In this document: positions 37,574 to 46,641 of the stretch, one piece after another
Layout of the letters: every line of letters begins with the position of its first letter
How positions within the stretch are numbered: the stretch's first letter is position 1
Assembly (NCBI GenBank): GCA_020148045.1
Contig: JAHCRG010000004.1
Coordinates: forward strand, 576-64,575
From: Patescibacteria group bacterium
Lineage (GTDB): Bacteria; Patescibacteriota; Minisyncoccia; Minisyncoccales; GWA2-38-27
Length of the DNA stretch: 64,000 nt
Reading direction: 5' to 3'
Notes under the pieces: generated by a model
The model's database searches: none
Seen by the model: only the letters and a program-made list of their open reading frames with translations
What the model was told of the DNA's origin: nothing
Translations under genes and position numbers: made by a program

Positions 37574-38548
37574 ATGTTGCATATAACCAATAAAAATCAA
37601 AAACATAAAGAAATAAAATTAGCAGTTGTGATTCCGGTTTACAATGAGGAAAAACTAATTGGTAAGGTTTTGTCTACTCTGCCCATGTTTGTTGACCATA
37701 TTATTGTGGTTGATGATTGTAGTAAGGACAAAACGGTTGATATTATAAGAAGATTTCAACAAACTGATTCTCGGATAATTTTAATTTGTCATCAGAAAAA
37801 TCAGGGAGTGGGAGGAGCTATCTCTACTGGCTATCAAAGAGCTCTTGAGTTGAGAGTTGATGTAACAGTGGTCGTGAACGGAGACGCCCAGATGGATCCA
37901 AAAGATATGATAAACTTGGTAAAGCCAGTGGGTTTAGGGGAGGTAGATTATTGTAAGGGCAACCGGTTATTCAGAGGAAAATCTTGGGATATGATTCCTC
38001 ATTACAGATATCTTGGTAATGCCTGTTTATCTTTGTTGACTAAAATCGCTTCAGGCTATTGGCATATTACTGATTCTCAATCTGGCTATACAGCTATTTC
38101 TTTAACAGCTCTGAAAACACTTGACCTTAAGTCAATTTATAAGAAATACGGCGCGCCAAATGATTTGTTAATAAAACTAAATATCCATAACTTTAAAGTT
38201 AGAGATGTTCCTATCAGGCCTATTTATAGGCAAGGAGAGAAATCAGGCATTAAATTATGGAAAATTATACCAACTATTCCCTGGTTGTTAATTAGAGGAT
38301 TTTTTAAAAGATTGTGGCGCAAATATGTAATTAATGATTTCCACCCTTTAGTTTTCTTTTATATTCTAGCTTTTTTACTTTTAATAACAAGTATTCCGCT
38401 TTCTATTCGGTTAGTATATATTTGGATTATTCAGGGTTTTGTACCAAGAACCACTACCTTAGCTGTAATGTTTTTAATAATTACCGGCCTCCAATTCTTA
38501 TTTTTTGCGATGTGGTTTGATATGGAATATAATAAAAATTTGAAATAA
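37574..38548 (+). CDS. GT2 polyprenyl-phosphate sugar synthase-like (GtrB/DPM1/ArnC-like) with C-terminal TM pair
   Basis: LAVVIPVYNEE...IVVDDCSKDKT, NGDAQMDP (DxD-like), and two C-terminal TM helices. Confidence 0.75.
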   Translation: MLHITNKNQKHKEIKLAVVIPVYNEEKLIGKVLSTLPMFVDHIIVVDDCSKDKTVDIIRRFQQTDSRIILICHQKNQGVGGAISTGYQRALELRVDVTVVVNGDAQMDPKDMINLVKPVGLGEVDYCKGNRLFRGKSWDMIPHYRYLGNACLSLLTKIASGYWHITDSQSGYTAISLTALKTLDLKSIYKKYGAPNDLLIKLNIHNFKVRDVPIRPIYRQGEKSGIKLWKIIPTIPWLLIRGFFKRLWRKYVINDFHPLVFFYILAFLLLITSIPLSIRLVYIWIIQGFVPRTTTLAVMFLIITGLQFLFFAMWFDMEYNKNLK

Positions 38549-38578
38549 GAAAAGAAGACGTTAAAGTTATTTTTTTTT

Positions 38579-39547
38579 ATGTTTGAAATTTTTCTACGGA
38601 GTATGATAAATAAAAAGAACATCATTAGTAAAATTATTAGTTTTTTTATTGTTGCTTTAATTTTTTATTTTTTAGGAAGAAATCTTTTTTTGAATTGGGA
38701 ACAGATTAAAGAACACCAATTTTCTTTGAGCTATTTTTATTTGGCGTTTTCTTTTATTTGTTTAGGAGCTGGTTTTATAAGTCGCGGTTTAGTTTGGAAG
38801 AAAATCGTTAATTTTTTACAAGCCGATAACGATTTAGGTTACCTAGAAGCAATAAGAATTGTTGCCTATTCTCAACTCGGAAAATATCTACCGGGCAAAG
38901 TTTTTTCAGTAGTTGGAATGATCTATCTATCCCGTAACAAAAATATATCAAAAAAAAATTTATATTTAAGCGTCATTTTTGCCATTATCTTCTCCATTAT
39001 TGCTAGCTTTGTTCTCTCCCTATTTTTAATTGGTTTTTTCTTTGTTTATAGCATTGATTTCTTTATCTTTTATTTAATTGGGATTTTGGTCATCCTCGGC
39101 GGATTGATAGTAATACACCCTCGGGTATTTCAATATTTGGTTAGGTTATTTTTTAATAAAATAAAAAAAGAACCGATTGATTTAGATTTTGATTTAAGTT
39201 GGCTCAATAGAATTAAAATAATTTTATATTATGCTTTTGCTGATTTTTGGACAGGTTTTGGTTTTTTTTGTTTAATTAATTCCATAACTTATTTATCTAT
39301 TCAGAACTTATTTAGCATAATTGGAGTTTATGTTTTAGCTATGGTTTTGGGACTTGTAGTTTTCTTTGCTCCCAGCGGCTTAGGAGTAAGAGAGGGTGTC
39401 TTAGTTTTATTTTTGCAATTTTATTTTTCTTTAAATGTAGCCATTCTAATTTCTCTATTAGCTCGAGTTTGGGCTATCCTTGGCGATTTATTTTTAGCCG
39501 GGGGATTTTATCTTTCAAACATATTTAAGAAAATAAAGTATAATTGA
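38579..39547 (+). CDS. UPF0104/LPG_synthase_TM-type flippase-like membrane protein
   Basis: About 8 TM segments. FFAPSGLGVREG is the motif characteristic of this family. Confidence 0.45.
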   Translation: MFEIFLRSMINKKNIISKIISFFIVALIFYFLGRNLFLNWEQIKEHQFSLSYFYLAFSFICLGAGFISRGLVWKKIVNFLQADNDLGYLEAIRIVAYSQLGKYLPGKVFSVVGMIYLSRNKNISKKNLYLSVIFAIIFSIIASFVLSLFLIGFFFVYSIDFFIFYLIGILVILGGLIVIHPRVFQYLVRLFFNKIKKEPIDLDFDLSWLNRIKIILYYAFADFWTGFGFFCLINSITYLSIQNLFSIIGVYVLAMVLGLVVFFAPSGLGVREGVLVLFLQFYFSLNVAILISLLARVWAILGDLFLAGGFYLSNIFKKIKYN

Positions 39548-39586
39548 GATGCTAATGGAAAACAAAGTTGAAATTCTTTTACGGGG

Positions 39587-39615
39587 TTGACAGATGCTCT
39601 TTAATTTGCTAATAT
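39587..39615 (+). promoter_or_regulatory. Sigma70-type promoter
   Basis: TTGACA (39587-39592), 17 nt, TAATAT (39610-39615). Confidence 0.55.
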
Positions 39616-39621
39616 TAGATT

Positions 39622-39705
39622 AGTGGGTGTTCTCCTTTTTGGGAACCCCATCTGAGTCGGCAAAAGCCCGCGTTTTACGTGGGTTTTTGCTTTTTGCTTT
39701 TTTTA
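39622..39705 (+). ncRNA. Candidate about 80-nt sRNA or terminated leader upstream of murB
   Basis: Starts about 7 nt after the -10. Hairpin 1 is TGGG(T)GTTC(T)CC / GGGAACCCCA around a TTTTT loop. It is followed by the terminator GCCCGCG-tttta-CGTGGGT and TTTTTGCTTTTTGCTTTTTTT. No family is recognised. Confidence 0.3.
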
Positions 39706-39791
39706 TCCAAATTGATATAATAAAATTGGGTCGGGAGATAGACACCCACTAAAGACTTAGTTAGGGGTAAACACTCCCGGCCCTTTAAAAA

Positions 39792-40661
39792 GTGATGGAT
39801 ATAAAGGAAAACATTTCTTTAGCTAAACACACTACTTTTAAAATTGGAGGACCGGCCAAGTATTTTTGTATTACCAGAAATAAAGAGGATTTAGTTAAAG
39901 CAGTCAAAAAAGCAAAAGAGCTTAATTTGCCCTTTTTCATTTTAGGCGGGGGAAGCAATGTTTTAGCTTCGGACAAAGGATACAATGGTTTAATTATAAA
40001 AATTGAAAATTGTAAATTGAGAATTGAAAATTGTAATCTCTATACAGAAGCAGGAGTGAAATTAGAAGAAATAGTGAAATTAAGTGATAAAAAATCATTA
40101 ACTGGCATGGAATGGGCTGCTGGAATTCCAGGAACAGTTGGGGGCGCTGTTTATGGCAATGCCCAGGCATTTGATGTCAAAATGTCAGATATAGTAAAAA
40201 GTGTAGAAGTTTTGGATACCAAAAACTTAAAGATTAAGAACTTACTAAAAAAACAATGTCTTTTTTCAGCTAAAAAGAGTATTTTTAAAAAGAATAAAAA
40301 CTTAATAATTCTCTCCGCGACTTTAAAATTAAAAAAAGGGGATAAAAAAGAAATTCAAAAGGCAATTAAAGAACATTTGAATTATCGGAAAAAAAATCAT
40401 CCCTTGAGGTTTTCTTCAGCTGGCTCTGTTTTTGTTAATAAAACAGGAGGACCGCCATCAGCTTATCTGATTGAGAAATGTGGTCTCAAAGGAACAAAGG
40501 TAGGCGGAGCTGAAGTATCTAAAAAGCATGCTGGCTTTATTATTAATACTGGAAAAGCTAAAGCCAAAGATGTTTTAAAGTTAATCAAAATTATTAAACA
40601 AAAAGTAAAAAACAAGCTTGGGATTAAACTAGAAGAGGAAGTGCAGATAATAAAGTATTGA
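39792..40661 (+). CDS. murB: UDP-N-acetylenolpyruvoylglucosamine reductase
   Basis: LAKHTTFKIGGPAKYF, ILGGGSN.L, AGIPGTVGGAVYGNA, GSVF.N, and GGA.VS.KHAGFI.N blocks. Confidence 0.9.
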   Translation: MMDIKENISLAKHTTFKIGGPAKYFCITRNKEDLVKAVKKAKELNLPFFILGGGSNVLASDKGYNGLIIKIENCKLRIENCNLYTEAGVKLEEIVKLSDKKSLTGMEWAAGIPGTVGGAVYGNAQAFDVKMSDIVKSVEVLDTKNLKIKNLLKKQCLFSAKKSIFKKNKNLIILSATLKLKKGDKKEIQKAIKEHLNYRKKNHPLRFSSAGSVFVNKTGGPPSAYLIEKCGLKGTKVGGAEVSKKHAGFIINTGKAKAKDVLKLIKIIKQKVKNKLGIKLEEEVQIIKY

Positions 40662-40787
40662 CAAAGTTCTTTGAGAACGAGAAAATAAAAGAAGAGAAAG
40701 CTTTTTAACTTTTCGCAGATAGGGTCGACTATTTGCACCTAATTTTTTAATATAATTTTCTCAATAAGTTTTATTGAGTCTAAAGAA

Positions 40788-40835
40788 ATGGCTAAGAGAA
40801 AAAGAGCCAAGAAGAAAAAGAAGAAGAAGAAATAA
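40788..40835 (+). CDS. 15-codon polybasic mini-ORF (MAKRKRAKKKKKKKK), possible leader peptide
   Basis: ATG at 40788, TAA at 40833. Lies between a TATAAT (40751-40756) and the terminator at 40849. Coding status unproven. Confidence 0.25.
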   Translation: MAKRKRAKKKKKKKK

Positions 40836-40848
40836 GAACTTTTTCTGA

Positions 40849-40882
40849 CCAAGCACTCAATCTCTTGAGTGCTTGGTTTTTT
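40849..40882 (+). terminator. Perfect 12-bp rho-independent terminator ending 4 nt before the hpf start codon
   Basis: CCAAGCACTCAA-tctc-TTGAGTGCTTGG followed by TTTTTT. Confidence 0.8.
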
Positions 40883-40885
40883 GAG

Positions 40886-41338
40886 ATGAAGATTGTTATA
40901 AAAGCAACAAATTTAGAATTGAATCGGGAGCTAAGAGATTATATTGAAGAAAAAATCGGCAGTTTAGAAAAATTTGCTGAAGTTTTCCAAAGCAAAAATT
41001 ACTATAATGGTTTTTTCACCAAAGGGAAACCCCGAGTTGAGGTTTGGGTAGAGATTGGAAGAACAACTCGTCATCATCAGAAAGGAGATATTTTTAGAGC
41101 TGAAGCCCAAATGCGCTTTCCTGGAAAAAGCATCAGAGCAGAATCAGAAAGAGATGACTTAAAATTAGCCATTACTGAAGTCAAAGACGAACTTCAGCGA
41201 GAATTAAAACAATACAAAGGGAAAGCGGAGGCAGTCACTAAAAGAAAAGCCAGAGTTTTCAAAAAACTACTTCGCTTATCTCCTTTCGCAAGATTCAAAA
41301 AAAGAAAGGGCGGGAGAACAAGAGAAGAAGGAATATAG
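40886..41338 (+). CDS. hpf: Ribosome hibernation promoting factor / RaiA family protein with basic C-terminal tail
   Basis: MKIVIKATNLELNRELRDYIEEKIGSLEKF is the typical HPF/RaiA N-terminus. The track start at 40865 lies inside the terminator stem, so ATG 40886 is preferred. Confidence 0.75.
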   Translation: MKIVIKATNLELNRELRDYIEEKIGSLEKFAEVFQSKNYYNGFFTKGKPRVEVWVEIGRTTRHHQKGDIFRAEAQMRFPGKSIRAESERDDLKLAITEVKDELQRELKQYKGKAEAVTKRKARVFKKLLRLSPFARFKKRKGGRTREEGI

Positions 41339-41380
41339 AATATAAATTTTCAATTTCTAATTTTTAATCAATTTTCAAAA

Positions 41381-41402
41381 CGGTTCTCGTGGGGCCGCTT
41401 TT
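41381..41402 (+). terminator. Weak terminator candidate after hpf
   Basis: CGGTTC-tcgtg-GGGGCCG (two G-U pairs) followed by CTTTTAATTTT. Confidence 0.35.
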
Positions 41403-41441
41403 AATTTTAAGTGAAATACGCTATGATAGGAATATTAAACC

Positions 41442-43892
41442 ATGTCAATTATTGCTAAAATTTTTGGGGATGCGAATGAAAAGTATCTCAAAAAACTTGA
41501 GCCAACAATTAAAAAAATCAATTCTCTTGAACCGGAATTTGAGAAGTTTTCTGCTCAGAAATTAAAAGAAAAAACCAACGAATTTAAAGAAAGATTAAAA
41601 AAAGGAGAAAGTTTAAACGATTTATTACCTGAAGCATTTGCTTTGGTTAGGGAAGCCAGTAAAAGGACTCTTAGTCAAAGACACTTTGATGTTCAGCTGA
41701 TTGGCGGGATTGTCTTACATCAAGGCAAAATCGCTGAGATGAAAACTGGTGAGGGGAAAACTTTAGCTGCTACCTTGCCTCTATATTTAAATGCTCTTAA
41801 AGAGAGAGGAGCTCATCTGGTAACAGTTAATGATTATTTAGCCAGAAGAGATACGGTCTGGATGGGACAGATTTACGATTTATTGGGACTTACTGTTGGC
41901 TGCATAACGCATGATGCGGCTTTTTTATATGATTCTGAATTTAAAGAAAAAGATAAAATCAGAGATAAGCTTGGTAGTTTTAAAGTTATTGAAGATTTTC
42001 TAAGACCGGCTTCAAGAAAAGAGGCCTATTTAACTGATATTACTTATGGCACTAATAATGAGTTTGGCTTTGATTATTTGAGAGATAACATGGTCTATGA
42101 TTTAAAAGACCAAAGCCAGAGGGATTTTCATTACGCCATTGTTGATGAGGTAGATTCAATTTTAATTGATGAAGCAAGAACCCCCTTAATTATTTCCGCA
42201 CCGGCTGAGGAGTCAACTGAAAGATATTATCAATTTGCCAGAATAGCAGAGCGTCTGAAAGAAAATGAAGATTATACCATTGATGAAAAAATAAAAGCAG
42301 CCACTTTTACTGAAGCAGGCCAAAATAAGATTGTTCAGTCATTAGGTTCTGACCCCTGGGCTGAAAATGATATTGCGACAACCCATCAGTTAGAGGCTGC
42401 TCTGAAGGCAAAAACCTTATTTAAAAGAGATAAAGATTATGTAGTAAAAGATGGTCAAATTATTATTGTTGATGAATTTACTGGTCGTTTAATGCCGGGC
42501 AGAAGATGGTCGGGCGGTCTTCATCAGGCAGTTGAGGCAAAAGAGGGAGTTAAGGTTCAGCCAGAGTCAAGAACTTTTGCTACTATTACTTTTCAGAATT
42601 ATTTTCGGATGTATCAGAAATTAGCTGGAATGACTGGTACAGCTGTCACTTCAGCTGAAGAGCTTGATAAAGTTTATGGTTTGGAGGTAATAATTGTTCC
42701 AACCAACAAACCTTTAATAAGAAAGGGTTTGCCCGATAGAATTTACAAAACCTTAAATGGAAAATTTGAGGCAGTGGTAAAAGAAATTAAAGAGAAACAT
42801 CAGGGGGGACAGCCGGTTTTAGTAGGAACGGTTTCTATTGAGAAAAATGAATATTTAGGGAAATTGTTGGAAAGGGAAGGCATTCCCCATCAAATTTTAA
42901 ATGCCAAACACCATGAAAAAGAAGGAGAGATAATTGCCCAGGCAGGAAAAATGGGGGCAGTAACCATAGCTACTAATATGGCAGGTAGGGGAGTGGATAT
43001 AATTTTGGGAGGAAACCCACCTGGCCTGGAAGAACAGAAAAAAGTTATTGAACAGGGAGGGCTTCATATTATTGGAACCGAAAGGCATGAGGCAAGGAGA
43101 ATTGACAATCAGCTGCGGGGAAGGTCAGGCAGGCAGGGTGATCCCGGCTCTTCTCAATTTTTTGTTTCTTTGGAAGATGACTTAATGAGAATTTTTGGTG
43201 GGGAGAGAATAAAAGGGCTGATGGAAACTTTGAAAGTTCCCGAAGACCAGCCAATTGAAGCTAAAATGATTTCAAAAGCTATTGAGTCTGCCCAGTCAAA
43301 AGTTGAGGGAATGAATTTCGATGCGAGGAAGCATATTTTAGAATATGATGACGTGATGAATAAACACAGAGAAGTGTTTTACAAAAAGAGAAGAGAACTT
43401 TTGGAAAAAGCTGGAGCTGGGAATTTGAGGCAGCAGATTTTAGAAATAGTTAAAAAAGCAGGTTTTTCAGAGAAAGATTATGAAAAGCGCGAAAAGGAAG
43501 TGGGTGAGGAAAATATGCGTCAGCTGGAGAAAGCCGTTTGTTTAAAGGTTCTTGATACTCTTTGGGTAGAGCATTTAGAGAATATGGGCCATTTAAGAGA
43601 TTCTGTCCGGCTTAGAGCTTATGGCCAGCAAGATCCTTTGGTTGAGTATAAAAGCGAAGGCCATAGGATGTTCCGGAGATTGCTTCAATCAATTGATTTA
43701 ACCATTGCCAACGCAGTTTTTAAAGCTGAGTTGAAAGTTCAAACCCAAAAAGAAAGAGCCGTCTTTGCCCGCCCAGGGCGGACTTCGGCGGGCAAAATCG
43801 GCAGAAACGACCCCTGTCCCTGCGGTAAAATCAATCCTAAAACTGGCAAACCGATGAAATATAAAAAATGCTGCTGGCCAAAATTCGGCTAA
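41442..43892 (+). CDS. secA: Preprotein translocase ATPase SecA
   Basis: 816 aa. MKTGEGKTL Walker [29 protein letters not shown], and a C-terminal zinc motif CPCG...KKCC. Confidence 0.95.
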   Translation: MSIIAKIFGDANEKYLKKLEPTIKKINSLEPEFEKFSAQKLKEKTNEFKERLKKGESLNDLLPEAFALVREASKRTLSQRHFDVQLIGGIVLHQGKIAEMKTGEGKTLAATLPLYLNALKERGAHLVTVNDYLARRDTVWMGQIYDLLGLTVGCITHDAAFLYDSEFKEKDKIRDKLGSFKVIEDFLRPASRKEAYLTDITYGTNNEFGFDYLRDNMVYDLKDQSQRDFHYAIVDEVDSILIDEARTPLIISAPAEESTERYYQFARIAERLKENEDYTIDEKIKAATFTEAGQNKIVQSLGSDPWAENDIATTHQLEAALKAKTLFKRDKDYVVKDGQIIIVDEFTGRLMPGRRWSGGLHQAVEAKEGVKVQPESRTFATITFQNYFRMYQKLAGMTGTAVTSAEELDKVYGLEVIIVPTNKPLIRKGLPDRIYKTLNGKFEAVVKEIKEKHQGGQPVLVGTVSIEKNEYLGKLLEREGIPHQILNAKHHEKEGEIIAQAGKMGAVTIATNMAGRGVDIILGGNPPGLEEQKKVIEQGGLHIIGTERHEARRIDNQLRGRSGRQGDPGSSQFFVSLEDDLMRIFGGERIKGLMETLKVPEDQPIEAKMISKAIESAQSKVEGMNFDARKHILEYDDVMNKHREVFYKKRRELLEKAGAGNLRQQILEIVKKAGFSEKDYEKREKEVGEENMRQLEKAVCLKVLDTLWVEHLENMGHLRDSVRLRAYGQQDPLVEYKSEGHRMFRRLLQSIDLTIANAVFKAELKVQTQKERAVFARPGRTSAGKIGRNDPCPCGKINPKTGKPMKYKKCCWPKFG

Positions 43893-43896
43893 AACA

Positions 43897-44541
43897 ATGT
43901 TTTTCTTTCCCGTTGGTTGTTTAATTTTTCTTCTTTTTATTCTATTTTTGCCAATATTGTTTTTATTGGTGTTTTTTCATGTTGTGACGCTTGGCTTTGA
44001 AAAACTGGGTTTATCTCCAGAGACAACTATTTTAGTTCTTCTTTTAATGCTTGTTTGTTCTAGCATAAATATTCCCTTAACTAAAAGAAAAATGGTTTAT
44101 GTTTCAGAGCCCTCTTTTTTTGGCTTATTCAAGACACCGAAACTAAGGGTTTCTGGCATTGCTATTAATTTGGGAGGAGCTGTTATTCCAATTATTCTTT
44201 CTTTTTATTTTCTGAATAAAGTTCCTTTAGAGCCGGTTTTAATAGCCACTCTTTTAATGATTTTAGTTTCAAAGTTTTTTTCCAGGCCTGTTCCCGGCAG
44301 GGGAATTGCAATTTCAGCTTTTATCCCTCCATTATTTGCTGTTCTTTTTGCAATAATCTTAGCTCCTGAATTTGCAGCTCCTTGCGCTTTTATCTCAGGC
44401 GTTTTAGGAACTTTAATCGGAGCTGATATTTTAAACTTGCATAAAGCCAGAAAATTAGGCCCTGGATTACTTTCAATTGGTGGAGCTGGCGTCTTTGACG
44501 GCATATTCTTAATCGGCATCATCTCCGCTCTTCTTACCTAA
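43897..44541 (+). CDS. DUF1614-like polytopic membrane protein
   Basis: Six hydrophobic segments. The GGAGVFDGIFLIG motif is recalled from DUF1614. Starts 4 nt after secA. Confidence 0.4.
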   Translation: MFFFPVGCLIFLLFILFLPILFLLVFFHVVTLGFEKLGLSPETTILVLLLMLVCSSINIPLTKRKMVYVSEPSFFGLFKTPKLRVSGIAINLGGAVIPIILSFYFLNKVPLEPVLIATLLMILVSKFFSRPVPGRGIAISAFIPPLFAVLFAIILAPEFAAPCAFISGVLGTLIGADILNLHKARKLGPGLLSIGGAGVFDGIFLIGIISALLT

Positions 44542-44545
44542 AAAC

Positions 44546-44574
44546 TTGACATCTCTAAAGATATTTGTTAATAT
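44546..44574 (+). promoter_or_regulatory. Sigma70-type promoter
   Basis: TTGACA (44546-44551), 17 nt, TAATAT (44569-44574). Confidence 0.5.
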
Positions 44575-44633
44575 AGAAAATCGTAAAGTAACTAAAGCCG
44601 CACATTTAAAACTTTAAAGGGAAGGATAAGAAA

Positions 44634-45140
44634 ATGAAAAAAGAAAAAAAGAGAAGATTGGTTAAGTTCTGGACTGTTAGAATATGGTGGGCTTTATTTA
44701 TTATCGCTGCTGGATTTTTTGCCTTGCTTTTTAGGCCTTATGAGGTGACCAAAGAGATTTGGTTACCAGAGAAGTATAAGATAATCAATGATAGAGATGG
44801 TGAATATATCCCGTTCCCAAAAGTAATTATCAGCGGGACCGCATCTTTTATGCCTCCTGAAAACTTCAAAAAGGAATTCAGTGACAAAGAAAATAAAGTA
44901 CATATCCAGGCAGATGGAAAGGTGTATTATTGCGTAAAAGAAGGCGAGGAAGTCTTTGTCGCAGAAGTGGATCACGGAAAACCCTTAAGCCGCGGTGGCC
45001 AGAGAAAGGTCTGGGTTAAGTCAATAATTAACGGTTCAGCTATAAAGCTTCGTTGTGAATTTGATTTCGGTGCGATAGCGGGAAGCGTGCTTTTATGGGC
45101 TATAGCTTCGGGTATAGTCGCTGGAACAGTTCATCGCTGA
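44634..45140 (+). CDS. Hypothetical bitopic membrane protein (N- and C-terminal TM helices)
   Basis: SD-like AAGGGAAGGA upstream. A basic N-terminus followed by a TM, and a C-terminal hydrophobic helix. No family recognised. Confidence 0.5.
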   Translation: MKKEKKRRLVKFWTVRIWWALFIIAAGFFALLFRPYEVTKEIWLPEKYKIINDRDGEYIPFPKVIISGTASFMPPENFKKEFSDKENKVHIQADGKVYYCVKEGEEVFVAEVDHGKPLSRGGQRKVWVKSIINGSAIKLRCEFDFGAIAGSVLLWAIASGIVAGTVHR

Positions 45141-45177
45141 GACGCAAGAGTCCATAACTCATTCTATTTAGTTCTGG

Positions 45178-45205
45178 AGACCCAAAGATATTTTGGGTCT
45201 TTTTT
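45178..45205 (+). terminator. Rho-independent terminator
   Basis: AGACCCAAA-gatat-TTTGGGTCT followed by TTTTT. Confidence 0.8.
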
Positions 45206-45245
45206 ATTTTGGGGGAAATGTGGTATAGTAGTTATATTAAATAAA

Positions 45246-46640
45246 ATGAGAAAGAAACGAGTTTATTTAATTTTGCTTTTTATTTTAATTCTGGCTTTTT
45301 TGGCTGGGAATTTAAGTTATCCAAAATACCTAAATCAAGGTATTAATTTTCTTAATGGGAAACTTAAATTAAATATTCCTCATTTTTGGGAAATTCCTTT
45401 TAAATTGGGTTTGGATTTGCAGGGAGGAACTCATCTTTTATACGAGGCCGACTTATCCAATATTGAGAAAGAAGATTATTCTTCTGCTATGCAAGGTCTA
45501 AGAGATATTATTGAGAGGAGGGTTAATCTTTTTGGTGTTACCGAACCAGTAGTTCAGACGCAGGAGACAGCTGGTCAGCATAGATTAGTTGCTGAATTAG
45601 CTGGAATAAAAGAACCGGCTGAAGCAATTAAAATGATTGGTCAGACCCCGTTTTTAGAATTTAGAGAGCAGAGAACAGAAGAAGAAACCCAGATAATTCT
45701 TGATAAGCAGAAAGAACTTGAGGGATTAACTTATGAAGAAGCTCAAAAAATAGAGAATTGGGAATTAGCTTTAGAAGACCCTTATTTTATATCAACCACT
45801 CTGACTGGAAAATATTTAGAAAGAGCTGATTTAGGATTTAATCAACAGACAGGCGTACCTTTAATCTCTCTTCAGTTTAATGATGAAGGCGCAGAGATTT
45901 TTGAACAACTGACTTCCCAAAACGTTGGAAAGATATTGGCTATTTTTATTGATGGAATTCCAATTTCCACTCCAGTTGTCCAGGAAGCAATTTCCGGTGG
46001 CAGAGCCCAGATTACAGGAGATTTTACTGTGGAGGAGGCTAAAGAGTTAGTCAGAAACCTTAATGCTGGTGCTCTTCCAGTGCCGATAAAACTGATTTCC
46101 CAGCAAACAGTTGGGCCAACTTTAGGGGCTATTTCTTTAGAAAAGAGTTTAAAAGCAGGTATGTTCGGCTTTTTAGCTATTATTATATTTTTAATAATTT
46201 TCTATAGATTTCCTGGATTTTTAGCTTCTTTGGCTTTAGGAATTTATATTGCTTTGATTTTAAGTTTGTTTAAGTTAATTCCAGTAACTTTAACTTTGGC
46301 TGGAATTGGCGGATTTATTTTATCAATTGGAATGGCTGTTGATGCCAATATTTTAATTTTTTCAAGAATGAGAGAAGAATTAAAGGAAGAGAAAAGCTTT
46401 ACTATTGCTTTAGAAGAGGGCTTTAGAAGAAGCTGGCCTTCAATTCGGGATGGGAATTTAACTACCTTAATCGTTGCTTTGATCCTGTTTGGTTTAGGAA
46501 CAAGCTTTATTAAAGGATTTGCTTTAACTTTAAGCATTGGAATTTTACTAAGCATGTTTTCTGCAATATTTATAACGAGGACTTTATTAAGATTATTTGC
46601 TAATACTAGATTTGAAGACATAAGGTTTCTTTGGAAGTAA
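45246..46640 (+). CDS. secD: Protein translocase subunit SecD
   Basis: LGLDLQGGTHLLYEA, a periplasmic P1 domain, a C-terminal 6-TM SecD/SecF domain, and AVDANILIFSRMREE. Confidence 0.9.
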   Translation: MRKKRVYLILLFILILAFLAGNLSYPKYLNQGINFLNGKLKLNIPHFWEIPFKLGLDLQGGTHLLYEADLSNIEKEDYSSAMQGLRDIIERRVNLFGVTEPVVQTQETAGQHRLVAELAGIKEPAEAIKMIGQTPFLEFREQRTEEETQIILDKQKELEGLTYEEAQKIENWELALEDPYFISTTLTGKYLERADLGFNQQTGVPLISLQFNDEGAEIFEQLTSQNVGKILAIFIDGIPISTPVVQEAISGGRAQITGDFTVEEAKELVRNLNAGALPVPIKLISQQTVGPTLGAISLEKSLKAGMFGFLAIIIFLIIFYRFPGFLASLALGIYIALILSLFKLIPVTLTLAGIGGFILSIGMAVDANILIFSRMREELKEEKSFTIALEEGFRRSWPSIRDGNLTTLIVALILFGLGTSFIKGFALTLSIGILLSMFSAIFITRTLLRLFANTRFEDIRFLWK

Positions 46641-46641
46641 T

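Noticed and set aside
39623-39749. Inverted repeats flanking a promoter as an invertible DNA switch (inverton)
   Set aside because: No recombinase gene is nearby, and the repeats are short (8+5 bp with a bulge). They are more simply explained as alternative RNA pairings in the murB leader.
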